Assembly (NCBI GenBank): GCA_036676395.1 | Contig: JAKFCY010000002.1 | Coordinates: 1,024,001-1,088,000, forward strand | Reading direction: 5' to 3' | From: Bdellovibrio sp. | GTDB lineage: Bacteria; Bdellovibrionota; Bdellovibrionia; Bdellovibrionales; Bdellovibrionaceae | DNA: 64,000 nt | In this document: positions 39,454 to 48,776 of the stretch, in pieces | Layout of the letters: each line of letters opens with the position of its first letter | Position numbering within the stretch: position 1 is the stretch's first letter | The notes under the pieces: model-generated | Told to the model about the DNA's origin: nothing | The model's input: only the letters and a program-made list of their open reading frames with translations | Database searches by the model: none | Program-made: the position numbers and the translations under genes

Positions 39454-40560
39454 ATGATTATCGGAGTTCCAAAGGAAATTAAAATCAGCGAAAACCGCGT
39501 TGGTATGACTGAAGCGGGTGCTAAACAGTTCACTAAAGAGGGTCACAAAGTGATCATCGAAAAAGATGCTGGTGTTGGCAGCGGTATTACGAATGAGCAA
39601 TACGAAAAAGCTGGCGCAACTATCATTGATACTAAAAAAGAAGTTTACGCTAAAGCTGATATGATCATGAAAGTGAAAGAACCACTTCCTGCTGAATATG
39701 AATTAATGCGCGAAAACCAAATCATGTACACGTACCTTCACTTAGCTGCTGAACCTGAATTAACTAAAGTGTTATGTCAGAAAAAAGTTAAAGCGATCGC
39801 TTACGAAACTATTCAATTAGAAAATGGTTCTTTGCCATTATTAACTCCGATGTCTGAAGTTGCAGGCCGCATGGCAACTCAGGTTGGTGCTTTCTATTTA
39901 CAAAAAGATCACGGTGGCAAAGGTATTTTATTAGGTGGTGTAACAGGAGTTATGCCAGGTAAAGTAACGATCATCGGTGGTGGTGTTGTAGGAACAAATG
40001 CCGCGAAAATGGCCGTAGGTCTTGGCGCACAAGTTACAATCTTAGACGTATCAACGGCTCGTTTAGAGTACTTAGATGATATTTTTCAAGGTCGCGCACA
40101 AACTTTATTCTCTAATGCAAAAAATATCGAAGAAGCAGTTCTTGATTCTGACTTAGTTGTTGGTGGTGTACTTATCACTGGTCACAAAGCTCCGACATTG
40201 GTGACTAAAGACATGATCTCAGGAATGAGAAAAGGTTCTGTAGTTGTAGACGTTGCGGTTGACCAAGGTGGTTGTATCGAGACTTGCCGTCCGACTTCAC
40301 ACACGACACCAACTTATGAAGTTGATGGCGTAATCCATTACTGTGTACCTAATATGCCAGGTGTTGTGCCTCGTACTTCAACTTACGCTTTAACTAACGT
40401 AACTTTAAAATACGGTTCAATGATCGCAGCTATGGGTGTTGAAGATGCTATCGCTAAAAACAAACCTTTAATGAAAGGTTTAAATGTTTACGGCGGCTAC
40501 GTATGTTACGAGCCAGTAGCTAAAGATTTAGGTATGGAATACCGTCCGTACAAAATCTAG
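39454..40560 (+). CDS. ald: alanine dehydrogenase
   Basis: [39 protein letters not shown]. Confidence 0.97.
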   Translation: MIIGVPKEIKISENRVGMTEAGAKQFTKEGHKVIIEKDAGVGSGITNEQYEKAGATIIDTKKEVYAKADMIMKVKEPLPAEYELMRENQIMYTYLHLAAEPELTKVLCQKKVKAIAYETIQLENGSLPLLTPMSEVAGRMATQVGAFYLQKDHGGKGILLGGVTGVMPGKVTIIGGGVVGTNAAKMAVGLGAQVTILDVSTARLEYLDDIFQGRAQTLFSNAKNIEEAVLDSDLVVGGVLITGHKAPTLVTKDMISGMRKGSVVVDVAVDQGGCIETCRPTSHTTPTYEVDGVIHYCVPNMPGVVPRTSTYALTNVTLKYGSMIAAMGVEDAIAKNKPLMKGLNVYGGYVCYEPVAKDLGMEYRPYKI

Positions 40561-41289
40561 TTAGTATGCTATCGCAGTGTTGCCCCAGTCTTCAGTTTTG
40601 ATCAGGGGCACACGGTGTATATGTAATCTCAGTAAAACCTCTTTATGAGGGTGATTAAATTTGGCCATACGTGATTGCACGATGGCCATTTTTATTTGTG
40701 GCAGGTTCTTTAAGAGTAAATCGCTGGTGCTTGTGCGGCTGCCGTGATGACCTAACAGTAAGTAATCAATTTTGTGCGTTTTAAGGCGATTAGCCCAGGT
40801 TTTTTCCATCTTTTTAGAAGAGTCGCCCGGGATTAAAATATTTTTGTATCTGTACACCAAAGAGCTATCGTTCTTATTCGAAAAATCACTGGGTTTAAAG
40901 ATACGCTCTTGCTGTAAGTCATCCGACTTTGCACATAAGGGAATCTTGCGGGTTAAACGTTTTGCGGGAATCGATGTGTGATCAAGCTCACTCCAGCAGA
41001 TTTTAGGAATATATTTAACCAACATCGAATAATAAGCGTAATGATCTAAATCTGGATGCGATAAACTTAAAGTGTTTTGTTTGTTTTTGCAGAGTTTTAA
41101 AAATAAATTCTGATTTTTTCTCCAGGGCCCGAGTTCGCCGCCAAAATCAAAGTGCTTACATTCATCAGGTGTGACGGCAGTGATCCATTGCCCTTGGCCA
41201 ACATTCCAAAAGATCACGTATAAATACGATGATTTATTTGCACATATAGTCGAATGCAGAAATAGCCAAAAAAATATTAATTTAGACAT
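40561..41289 (-). CDS. ComEC-type metallo-beta-lactamase domain protein (separate C-terminal part)
   Basis: NVGQG, SHPDLDH, NDSS, PGD, GHHGS.TS, HPH. Confidence 0.8.
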   Translation of the reverse strand: MSKLIFFWLFLHSTICANKSSYLYVIFWNVGQGQWITAVTPDECKHFDFGGELGPWRKNQNLFLKLCKNKQNTLSLSHPDLDHYAYYSMLVKYIPKICWSELDHTSIPAKRLTRKIPLCAKSDDLQQERIFKPSDFSNKNDSSLVYRYKNILIPGDSSKKMEKTWANRLKTHKIDYLLLGHHGSRTSTSDLLLKNLPQIKMAIVQSRMAKFNHPHKEVLLRLHIHRVPLIKTEDWGNTAIAY

Positions 41290-42173
41290 GTCACTGGCTT
41301 TCTTGTGAAATAATTTAAAAATAAGTGAAGCGCGATAATTAATACCCAGTTAATAAAAATCATTTTTTCGCTATCGTAAGGGCGAAAAATCACGGTGAGT
41401 TCAAGTTTAGATAAAATCATATTCAAACTAACTATTAAAAAATCGAATATTGAGCCTAAAAATGGAAATAGAAATACAGCTAAAGCGAGCGGAAATAAAA
41501 CGTACTCTAAAAATTTAGTGAAAAGGGTGGAGACCCCGATGGATGCCGGTTGTGGAATACCAATAAAATTAAATGTCGCTAAGTATTGAAAATAGAAAAT
41601 AGAATTTTTTAAAAACGAATTTGCCTTGGCGAAAAAATAACCGATCACACTTAAAGTCAGGGCTGCAATCCAGCTCATTTGCAGCGATAAAGAATTGATC
41701 CACGCTGGCGAAAGGATTAAACAAATCAAACCCGACACTAAAACTAGGTTTTCAGTTTTCCATTTTAAATTTATTTTTTCAATAACTGCTAAAATGAGCA
41801 GCGCTATAAAACTGCGCATGATGGGCGGATTGAAATTGCAAATGCCACAGTACAAAAATAAGAGCGAAAATGTAGCTACTTTGTTACATAATAAATATAG
41901 AATTATTTTTCGCAAAATCATGAGGTGAGATGCCGATACAACAAATAAATGAATTAGCCCCGACGCGATTAATAAATTCGACTGCGCAGGGTCAGAAAAG
42001 TTTTTTCCGCACACTAAAGCTTGTAAGGATTCAAAAGATCTTACATGGTCGGACGCTGCTTCAACACAAGCCGAATGGAGTTGTGAACAAAATCCGATCA
42101 AAAAATCAATAACCGAAAAGCGGATGGTGTGTGATATTAACACTATGTAGATTAAAATATAGACGAAGTTCAT
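41277..42173 (-). CDS. comEC: ComEC/Rec2 competence membrane domain
   Basis: SGLIHLFVVSASH, P.IMRS, SLQMS; multi-TM. Confidence 0.75.
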   Translation of the reverse strand: MNFVYILIYIVLISHTIRFSVIDFLIGFCSQLHSACVEAASDHVRSFESLQALVCGKNFSDPAQSNLLIASGLIHLFVVSASHLMILRKIILYLLCNKVATFSLLFLYCGICNFNPPIMRSFIALLILAVIEKINLKWKTENLVLVSGLICLILSPAWINSLSLQMSWIAALTLSVIGYFFAKANSFLKNSIFYFQYLATFNFIGIPQPASIGVSTLFTKFLEYVLFPLALAVFLFPFLGSIFDFLIVSLNMILSKLELTVIFRPYDSEKMIFINWVLIIALHLFLNYFTRKPVTCLN

Positions 42174-42426
42174 GCGTTCTATGCAATTGCAAAGCGCACA
42201 AATTTAAGATTTCTAAAATTTTTTTTAAGATTTATTGGCTTTTTTAGAAATGATTAATTTAATCAAATACTTAACTGAGGTTGAATTATAAGCAAATCGC
42301 TGAAAACACTGATAATCAACGGGTCCAAAGTCCAGAAACATGAGTTAATAACATTTTATGTGGATAAGTCGGATAACTTTATTGAATTAGGTTCAAGAGT
42401 TGAGTTTAATTATATCAGGGGGCGAC

Positions 42427-42867
42427 ATGAGATTTTCACTTCTTATCACTTTACTATTTTTTTCATTTTTCAGCTGCCAGTCAATGAGCAGGAATTCTAA
42501 GTCAACAATTTCGGCGCCTAAAAAAACTGTGTCTACTAAATCGCCAGCGACAAAAATTGCAAAAAAAGTAGATACAGTTAAGCAACCTGCTGTAAATCCA
42601 GCGTTGGGGCAAAAAAGTATTTACGAAGAGTTAACCGGAAAAAAACGCGTGTCTGCGAAAAAAGCACCAACTCGTATTTTAGAACTGGCACGTGATGCGA
42701 AATGGAAACGTGATTACGTTACCGCGCTTAAAAGATACAACACGATTATAGTTAAATATCCAAAATCAAAAGAAGTGCGCCAAGCGTATTTAGATAAAGC
42801 AGCTTTGTACCGCGAGATGGGCTTATTGCAACAATCTAAATACAATATGGAGAAGGCTAAAAAATAA
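42427..42867 (+). CDS. lipoprotein with C-terminal TPR
   Basis: AGGGGG SD; lipobox FFSC; Y..IIVKYPKS TPR-like segment. Confidence 0.7.
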   Translation: MRFSLLITLLFFSFFSCQSMSRNSKSTISAPKKTVSTKSPATKIAKKVDTVKQPAVNPALGQKSIYEELTGKKRVSAKKAPTRILELARDAKWKRDYVTALKRYNTIIVKYPKSKEVRQAYLDKAALYREMGLLQQSKYNMEKAKK

Positions 42868-44441
42868 TGATTTGTCGCTTTAGAAAAAGCATCTTTGTAA
42901 CGGCAGCAGCAATCAGTTTTATTTTTCTTCCAGCCTTGAGCCAGGAAGACCCTGCTGCGCCATCTGCGCCTCCTCCTCCTCCTCCTGCGGCTCCAGCTGG
43001 TCAAGAGATGCCGGCAAGCCGGCCTAAATATGATATCGAATTAAATAAAGACAGTAGTTCATTTGTTCCGGATCCAGATTCGTTAGATCCGTTACCTTTA
43101 AAAAAAGAATCGTTAAAAGAAGACGATGAGCCTGTATTAGATGACATCAAATCGATTCTTAAAACTAAGGCTAAGAAGCCAAAAGCAGGTGCTGCTAAGC
43201 CTGGTGATGGTGCAGCTGCGGCTCCGGTAAAAAAAGCCAAGAAAAAAGTTACACGTAAAAAAGCTAAAAAATCTGCGCCGGTTGTTGATACTTCGAACTT
43301 ATCACCAGATGATCCAGATTTGGCTTTAGAACAAAAATTTAACGACATCTATAATAAGTATAATATCAATCCTACTTCTGATGATGTTTGGGGAGCCGCC
43401 TCAAGCAAAGCCGCTCAAGTGTATGACGTGCAAAAAGGCGATACGTTATTTACGATCAGCCGCACATTATTTGGTGATCCTCAATTTTGGCCAAAAATTT
43501 GGGCCTTAAACAATGGCGGCATTACAAATCCGCATAACATTGCGCCCGGAACTAAAATTTATTTTTATCCAGGTGATGGTGGAGCAGCCCCGTCAATGTC
43601 TGTGGGGAGTGAGTCTCCTGAACGTGCGGCATGGGTTGATCCTGATGCGCCCGTTATTCGTGATACGACAACGAAACAAAACACCGAATTTAATAAATTA
43701 GTTCAAGAAGGTGTTAAGGGTAAAACTGACGTGCAAAATATTCCGCCGAGTTTTCCGCCCTTTTCGGTGAGCTCGAAATATTTTGCGGCGGCTAAGTCGA
43801 CAAAATTTTTAATTACACCGGCAGCTGAAATCGTAGATCGTGATCCGGAAAACCCTTTTATTTTAACTTCGTCGATAATCACGACTGAATATAAGGTGAT
43901 GGAAAAAAATGCGAACTCGTTAGTTTGTAAAGATAACCAGTATGTTCCTGCGGTTCTTAAGATTGGCAAGAATGCAAAGCCCGGCCGCTACAGTATGTTG
44001 GTGCAAGAGAGTTTTAACTTTGGTCAGCTAAAACGTACGTATATTTATCGCATTATCGGCGAAGCGGATGTGGGCAGTGATGAATCGCTTCGTATTTCTC
44101 AGTGTATTAAACCGGTCAATACGGATGTGTTGCTGGTAAGCAGCGAAGATCTTGCTGAAGTAAAACCGCCGAGTGAGTTAATTCCCAATACCCGTTCACA
44201 GATTATTGAAGGTGTTGAAGTGAATGCTCAGCAGTATTATTATGCTCATCAATATGTGATCTTAAACATGAGTCAGTTGCCAGCCCTTGAAGGCGCTGAT
44301 TTAAAAGTCTATTCGGCATCAGCCGGTGGCGTCGTCGGAGAGATTCGTATTTTAAAACGCACGGGCACTATGGCTATTGGCTATGTGATGAATAACGATG
44401 ACCTGGTTCAGGTGGGTGATCGGGTGATTATTCCGGAATAG
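42867..44441 (+). CDS. LysM peptidoglycan-binding protein
   Basis: signal peptide, Pro/Lys-rich linker, YDVQKGDTLF.IS..LFGDP..WPKIW..N..ITNPH.I.PG. Confidence 0.85.
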   Translation: MICRFRKSIFVTAAAISFIFLPALSQEDPAAPSAPPPPPPAAPAGQEMPASRPKYDIELNKDSSSFVPDPDSLDPLPLKKESLKEDDEPVLDDIKSILKTKAKKPKAGAAKPGDGAAAAPVKKAKKKVTRKKAKKSAPVVDTSNLSPDDPDLALEQKFNDIYNKYNINPTSDDVWGAASSKAAQVYDVQKGDTLFTISRTLFGDPQFWPKIWALNNGGITNPHNIAPGTKIYFYPGDGGAAPSMSVGSESPERAAWVDPDAPVIRDTTTKQNTEFNKLVQEGVKGKTDVQNIPPSFPPFSVSSKYFAAAKSTKFLITPAAEIVDRDPENPFILTSSIITTEYKVMEKNANSLVCKDNQYVPAVLKIGKNAKPGRYSMLVQESFNFGQLKRTYIYRIIGEADVGSDESLRISQCIKPVNTDVLLVSSEDLAEVKPPSELIPNTRSQIIEGVEVNAQQYYYAHQYVILNMSQLPALEGADLKVYSASAGGVVGEIRILKRTGTMAIGYVMNNDDLVQVGDRVIIPE

Positions 44442-44461
44442 TTATTGAAACAACTACGGTT

Positions 44462-45313
44462 ATGAAAAAAGCCGTACTGTTTAAAGCCCTGCAAAGACAT
44501 TTAGGATTCCGTAATCCGGATTCTATCTTACAAATCACACCTGAAATTATAAATAAGCTGGCGCCGCAAGAATTGATCTTGAGTGAGCGTTATTTGCTGA
44601 GTCTAAAAGACAAAGGCATTCAGTTTACTTATCCGGGCGATGCGCTTTATCCCGCAAGTTTTTATCAAATGTTAGAGCCACCATTATTTTTAGAGTACGT
44701 CGGTGAGCCCGTGTGGATGCATAAACAAATTCTGGCCATTGTCGGCGCGCGAAAAATTCATCCGTTTACAGATCGTTGGCTGCGCTTTGAGATTCCACTG
44801 TTTTTAGAAGCTAGGCCTGATATAGCCATTGCCAGCGGTGGCGCTGTTGGCGTTGATCAGTGTGCGCATACTGTGGCGATTAAATCAGATCGGCCGACGA
44901 TTGTGGTCTTGCCGTGCGGGTTAGAGAATTTGTTTCCGAAAAATTTAAATACATTGAAGAAATTAGTTTTGCAAACGGGTGGATGTTTTTTATCTGAATT
45001 CGAGAGTGAACAAAGTGTGCGTAAACATCTTTTCTTTTTTCGAAATCGTTTAATTACCGCGTTAGCGCAAGTCACGATGGTGGCGCAGGCTGAAAAAAAG
45101 AGTGGAAGTTTTCTTACAGTTCATCACGCACTTCAAAATGGACGCACGATGGTAACTCTTCCTGCGCATCCGATGATGTTTGAATTTTCTGGAAACCAAC
45201 ATTTAATGCGTGAAGGGTGTTTCTATGTGCTTACAAACAAGGATTTGCTTAATTTTTGGGAGGCTGAATGTTGGTCTGGTCGGGGTTTGACACTAGATAT
45301 AGACCGCATTTAG
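44462..45313 (+). CDS. dprA: DNA-processing protein DprA
   Basis: AIVGAR, SGGA.GVD..AH, RNRLI, SGS..T..AL..GR. Confidence 0.9.
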   Translation: MKKAVLFKALQRHLGFRNPDSILQITPEIINKLAPQELILSERYLLSLKDKGIQFTYPGDALYPASFYQMLEPPLFLEYVGEPVWMHKQILAIVGARKIHPFTDRWLRFEIPLFLEARPDIAIASGGAVGVDQCAHTVAIKSDRPTIVVLPCGLENLFPKNLNTLKKLVLQTGGCFLSEFESEQSVRKHLFFFRNRLITALAQVTMVAQAEKKSGSFLTVHHALQNGRTMVTLPAHPMMFEFSGNQHLMREGCFYVLTNKDLLNFWEAECWSGRGLTLDIDRI

Positions 45314-45404
45314 TTAAATTGCTTGACCCCTGCCACTAGGTCTAGTGAAGGCAGTGACTAAGGTCAATATTCTTCAGAAAAGTGAAATAATCTAAAAAAA
45401 CCTA

Positions 45405-45434
45405 TTGAGAAAAAAAGAAAGATGCATCTAAAAT
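45405..45434 (+). promoter_or_regulatory. candidate sigma70 promoter TTGAGA-N18-TAAAAT
   Basis: near-consensus hexamers pointing into an intergenic region with no ORF. Confidence 0.45.
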
Positions 45435-45440
45435 AATAAT

Positions 45441-45507
45441 AAGGGAGGGGCGATGTGGTCATGGATGACCCTGGTTGTATGGATGCAGCTACATCGTTCC
45501 GTTTTTC
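45441..45507 (+). ncRNA. candidate small RNA with two AUGGAU stem-loops
   Basis: 12-bp closing stem 45447-45458/45489-45500, two internal GGA hairpins, U-tract. Confidence 0.45.
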
Positions 45508-45524
45508 TTAAATTTAAAAATTAC

Positions 45525-45555
45525 AAAGACGAAGTCACTCTTCGTCTTTTTTTTT
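45525..45555. terminator. intrinsic terminator
   Basis: AAAGACGAAG-tcact-CTTCGTCTTT followed by a long T run. Confidence 0.8.
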
Positions 45556-45577
45556 GTCTTTTTTCTATTCGGGATTC

Positions 45578-46675
45578 TTACGATAATTTTTTGTGAATTT
45601 GGTTAGCCGATACGACAGCGAAAATAAAATTCGCCACCCATGGGCCCATGTAAGGTGGAAGTCTTTGGCTGCGTGATAAGCCTTCGAAGGCAATGTAAAC
45701 AATAAAGTACCCGACGATAAAAGCCACCGACACCACAAAGCCGGATGACTTGCCAGAACGGCGATCGTTGATGACTCCGTAACCAACGCCGACTAACCCG
45801 AAAATCAAGCAGGCAGCGGCTAAGGCGAATCTTTTGTGAAACTCAACAGCGAAGCCGACCTTTTCATTATCTTTGAGTGTGGCGTCGTTTAAGCGCTCTT
45901 GTAACTCGTTATAGTTTAATGAGGGCGGAGATTTTTTACGTTCTTCAAATTTAACCGGATCGTTTAATAAAACATCGTAAGAATCAAATTCAACGACAGT
46001 GTGAGCCTGGCCGCGACGATGAATCTGGCCTTTGAATAAACGCAACAACACGCTGTGACCTGGGTTGTCTAAATCAGGAATGATATGACCTTGCGGTGCG
46101 ATGATGGTTAAGGGCGAACTTGGATTTTTATCATCGTAAATAAATAAATCCTGAAGTAGGCCTTCTTCTGAATTCACTTTATTGGCGTAAATCACCATAT
46201 CAAAAAAGCCTTCTGAAAAAGTGCCCTCTTTGATGCTGGCAGCGGCTTTGGTGTTGCCAAGGTGAGTGATTAATAATTCGAATTGGCGATTTCCCCATGG
46301 GGCAACATAGAATGCAGTTTGCGCTGAGAGAACACTGATCACCAAAGCAAAGGCTACGGCCGGAGCCAGAATTGTGCCCCCGTGATAGCCAGCGCCTTTA
46401 AGGGCGATGATTTCAGAATCAAGAGATGCGCGGTTGTATGTCATCAGAATCGCAAACAGCAGCGACATCGGTAAGATCATCGGTAAGAATGAAATGCTCA
46501 TATAACCCATGATGTCTAAAATAAATGAAAATTTAATTCCATGAACTAAGACGAATTCAGTTAGACGAAGGGCTTGAAACATCAACAAGATCGAAATAAA
46601 TACCAACACACCCAGAATAAAGGTGGGAACCATTTCAGAGAGTAAATAAAAAAATACGCGGCGTGATTTCCACAT
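45578..46675 (-). CDS. lptF: LPS export ABC permease LptF
   Basis: LP.SLL..IL..YNR...DSEI.ALK.AG, EGTF, EFHKRFAL. Confidence 0.85.
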   Translation of the reverse strand: MWKSRRVFFYLLSEMVPTFILGVLVFISILLMFQALRLTEFVLVHGIKFSFILDIMGYMSISFLPMILPMSLLFAILMTYNRASLDSEIIALKGAGYHGGTILAPAVAFALVISVLSAQTAFYVAPWGNRQFELLITHLGNTKAAASIKEGTFSEGFFDMVIYANKVNSEEGLLQDLFIYDDKNPSSPLTIIAPQGHIIPDLDNPGHSVLLRLFKGQIHRRGQAHTVVEFDSYDVLLNDPVKFEERKKSPPSLNYNELQERLNDATLKDNEKVGFAVEFHKRFALAAACLIFGLVGVGYGVINDRRSGKSSGFVVSVAFIVGYFIVYIAFEGLSRSQRLPPYMGPWVANFIFAVVSANQIHKKLS

Positions 46676-46735
46676 CTCGAGATAGTATAAATAATTTCTT
46701 TGCTATCGTCATTGGTTGGATTCTAGAATAGACCT

Positions 46736-47536
46736 ATGGATAGAGTACTTATCGTCACAGAAGAAGCCGTTTTTGCCTCGCATGTAGAAAAAACTCTGAT
46801 CGAGGTCGGCTTTGAAGCGGCTTTATTGAATAACGAAAATGGTTTGCAGCATAAAATTTTTGAATTCCAGCCAGATATTGTTGTTGTAAAAGGTGGTTCG
46901 GCCAAGCTTTCTTCGATGCGCGTTGGCCAAGTTTTAAAAGAAATCATCAAATACCAAGGTAAAGTCATTCTGATTTTAAATAAAAATCAAAACATTGATC
47001 CCCATGATATTAACCGCGTAAAAATGGATTATTTGTTATTTGAACCAGTTGGCGCAGTTAAAGTAGTTTCTCATGTTTTGAACCTAGTCACCGAACATCG
47101 CGATGCTATTCGTGGGCGTCTGCAGAAAATCGCTGACAGTGATCCCAACTTTCGCAAACAAGAAGAAAACTTTATGGTTTCTGGAAAAAATGCGGATCAC
47201 GAGATGATTCATGTGACCGGTAAGGCAGATAAAACCGCAGTGACCCATGTTAAAAGTAAAGAAGGCCTCGCTCACGAAGAGATGCAGCATATCAAGGAGC
47301 AGTTCGAGAAAGAATTGATTGATAATGAGGCGTTACACCACAAGAAAATAGAGGCTTACGATAATGCTATCAGTAATCTCGATGCAGACTTGAAGTTAGG
47401 CCATAAAAAGAGGCATGCTAATGAGAAGCAAAAGGCATTACGCAAGGAGCTTCTGGTTGATCCTGGCCAAGAAAAGTTGGACAGTCTAGATCAGGATCGC
47501 CGAAAGTTTGCGATCGCTTTAACAAAAAAGAGGTAG
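46736..47536 (+). CDS. hypothetical protein with N-terminal pseudo-receiver domain
   Basis: RVLIV.EE...FQPDIVVV pattern lacking the phospho-Asp; charged C-terminus. Confidence 0.6.
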   Translation: MDRVLIVTEEAVFASHVEKTLIEVGFEAALLNNENGLQHKIFEFQPDIVVVKGGSAKLSSMRVGQVLKEIIKYQGKVILILNKNQNIDPHDINRVKMDYLLFEPVGAVKVVSHVLNLVTEHRDAIRGRLQKIADSDPNFRKQEENFMVSGKNADHEMIHVTGKADKTAVTHVKSKEGLAHEEMQHIKEQFEKELIDNEALHHKKIEAYDNAISNLDADLKLGHKKRHANEKQKALRKELLVDPGQEKLDSLDQDRRKFAIALTKKR

Positions 47537-47566
47537 GTCGCGCCGCAGGCGCACAAAGGGGTAAAC

Positions 47567-47890
47567 GTGGCAAAAACACAACCAGTAACAGATTCAAGTT
47601 TTCAAACTGACGTATTAAACTCTTCAACTCCAGTTCTTGTAGATTTCTGGGCTGAGTGGTGTGCACCCTGCCGCGCTCTAGGTCCAAAACTAGAAGAAGT
47701 CGCTACTGAATTAGAAGGTAAAGTTAAAATCGTAAAAATGAACGTTGATGAAAATCCAGCGACACCAGGCCAATTTGGTATTCGCGGAATTCCAGCAATG
47801 CTTTTATTCAAAGACGGAAAACAAGTGGGCGAGTTAGTTGGAAATCATCCAAAAGAACGCATCACTGAATTTTTAACGACGCACGCTTAA
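47567..47890 (+). CDS. trxA: thioredoxin
   Basis: VDFWAEWCAPC, IRGIP. Confidence 0.95.
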   Translation: MAKTQPVTDSSFQTDVLNSSTPVLVDFWAEWCAPCRALGPKLEEVATELEGKVKIVKMNVDENPATPGQFGIRGIPAMLLFKDGKQVGELVGNHPKERITEFLTTHA

Positions 47891-47927
47891 TTGCACTTAA
47901 TTTAAAAAATTAGTTTAGGAAAAAGTC

Positions 47928-48194
47928 ATGAGCCAAACAGTAAAAGTAACAATGGTTAAAAAAAATCCGTGTCCTTATTGTGAACGGGCTATGACTTTTT
48001 TCGATAACCGCGGCATCAAAGTAGACATCATTGATTTAACTGGAAAACCAGACGAGTTAATGGAGTGGAAAACGAAAACCGGGTGGATGACAGTTCCAAT
48101 CATCATGATCAATGATCAACTTATCGGTGGATACACTGATCTAAAAGCCTTAGACGAAGAGGGCAAGTTAAATCCTCTTTTAGGCATCGCCTAA
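47928..48194 (+). CDS. glutaredoxin
   Basis: CPYC, TVP, IGGYTDL. Confidence 0.92.
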   Translation: MSQTVKVTMVKKNPCPYCERAMTFFDNRGIKVDIIDLTGKPDELMEWKTKTGWMTVPIIMINDQLIGGYTDLKALDEEGKLNPLLGIA

Positions 48195-48623
48195 ATAAAT
48201 TAAGTTAAATCTTTTTTGCAATCCGGATGCATTGTTCTTTAATCCCATTCTGGCTAGATTGCGTGCTAGTTTTGATCTCGCGCTCGATGCTGAAACTAAA
48301 AGATTAAATCGACATCTTTCCTCATAGGTTAAGCGAAGCTTTCGCGAAATAGTCTCAGCTTTTTTGCGAGAGAGGCCTTTCTTGTTTCTAAAAATGCGAC
48401 TTAAATGGATCGGGTCGAGTTTAAGATCTGCCGCGAATGAGCGTAAAGAGTAAAATGAATTGGTTTTTCTACGTAAGTGAAACTCTTCTTTAAGAATATT
48501 AATATAAAGCAATCTATCCATGACTAAGGATTTTTTTTGCTCACGATTTTTAGCATAGGCCAATTTTGATTTCATCTTTTTTTGATCGTTCATGCGGAAT
48601 GATAGATGCAAAAAAAGCGGCAT
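48180..48623 (-). CDS. HTH protein, TIGR02147-like N-terminal domain only (start uncertain)
   Basis: LKEEF..RR..N..YSLRSFA.DL.L...LSRI..NKKGLS. Confidence 0.65.
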   Translation of the reverse strand: MPLFLHLSFRMNDQKKMKSKLAYAKNREQKKSLVMDRLLYINILKEEFHLRRKTNSFYSLRSFAADLKLDPIHLSRIFRNKKGLSRKKAETISRKLRLTYEERCRFNLLVSASSARSKLARNLARMGLKNNASGLQKRFNLIYLGDA

Positions 48624-48708
48624 AACTCTCAGTTGTTTTTAGATCAGTAGAGTGACGAGAATGATGGTGGTCCGGCTTATCGGATCTAATAGCGGATGTT
48701 TTAGTAAT

Positions 48709-48765
48709 TGCTTATTAAACGACGCTCGTACTTTGGGACTACATTGTAGTCTGAAAGTACGAGTG
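48709..48765 (+). repeat. dispersed hairpin element, copy B
   Basis: 40/57 ungapped identity to 36616-36672 with covarying stem. Confidence 0.7.
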
Positions 48766-48776
48766 CCGAAAAGGGT

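Noticed and set aside
42200..42370. Possible oriC (AT-rich tract, DnaA box, IHF site)
   Set aside because: Only one good DnaA box, and no dnaA, dnaN or gidA nearby
42969..42986. (CCT)6 microsatellite as a phase-variation tract
   Set aside because: In-frame triplet repeat encoding a polyproline linker; slippage would not shift the frame
45318..45367. Fourth copy of the TGCTTA...CGAC hairpin element
   Set aside because: Begins TTGCTT but lacks the CGAC-RCTC foot and ACA/TGT apex; reported separately
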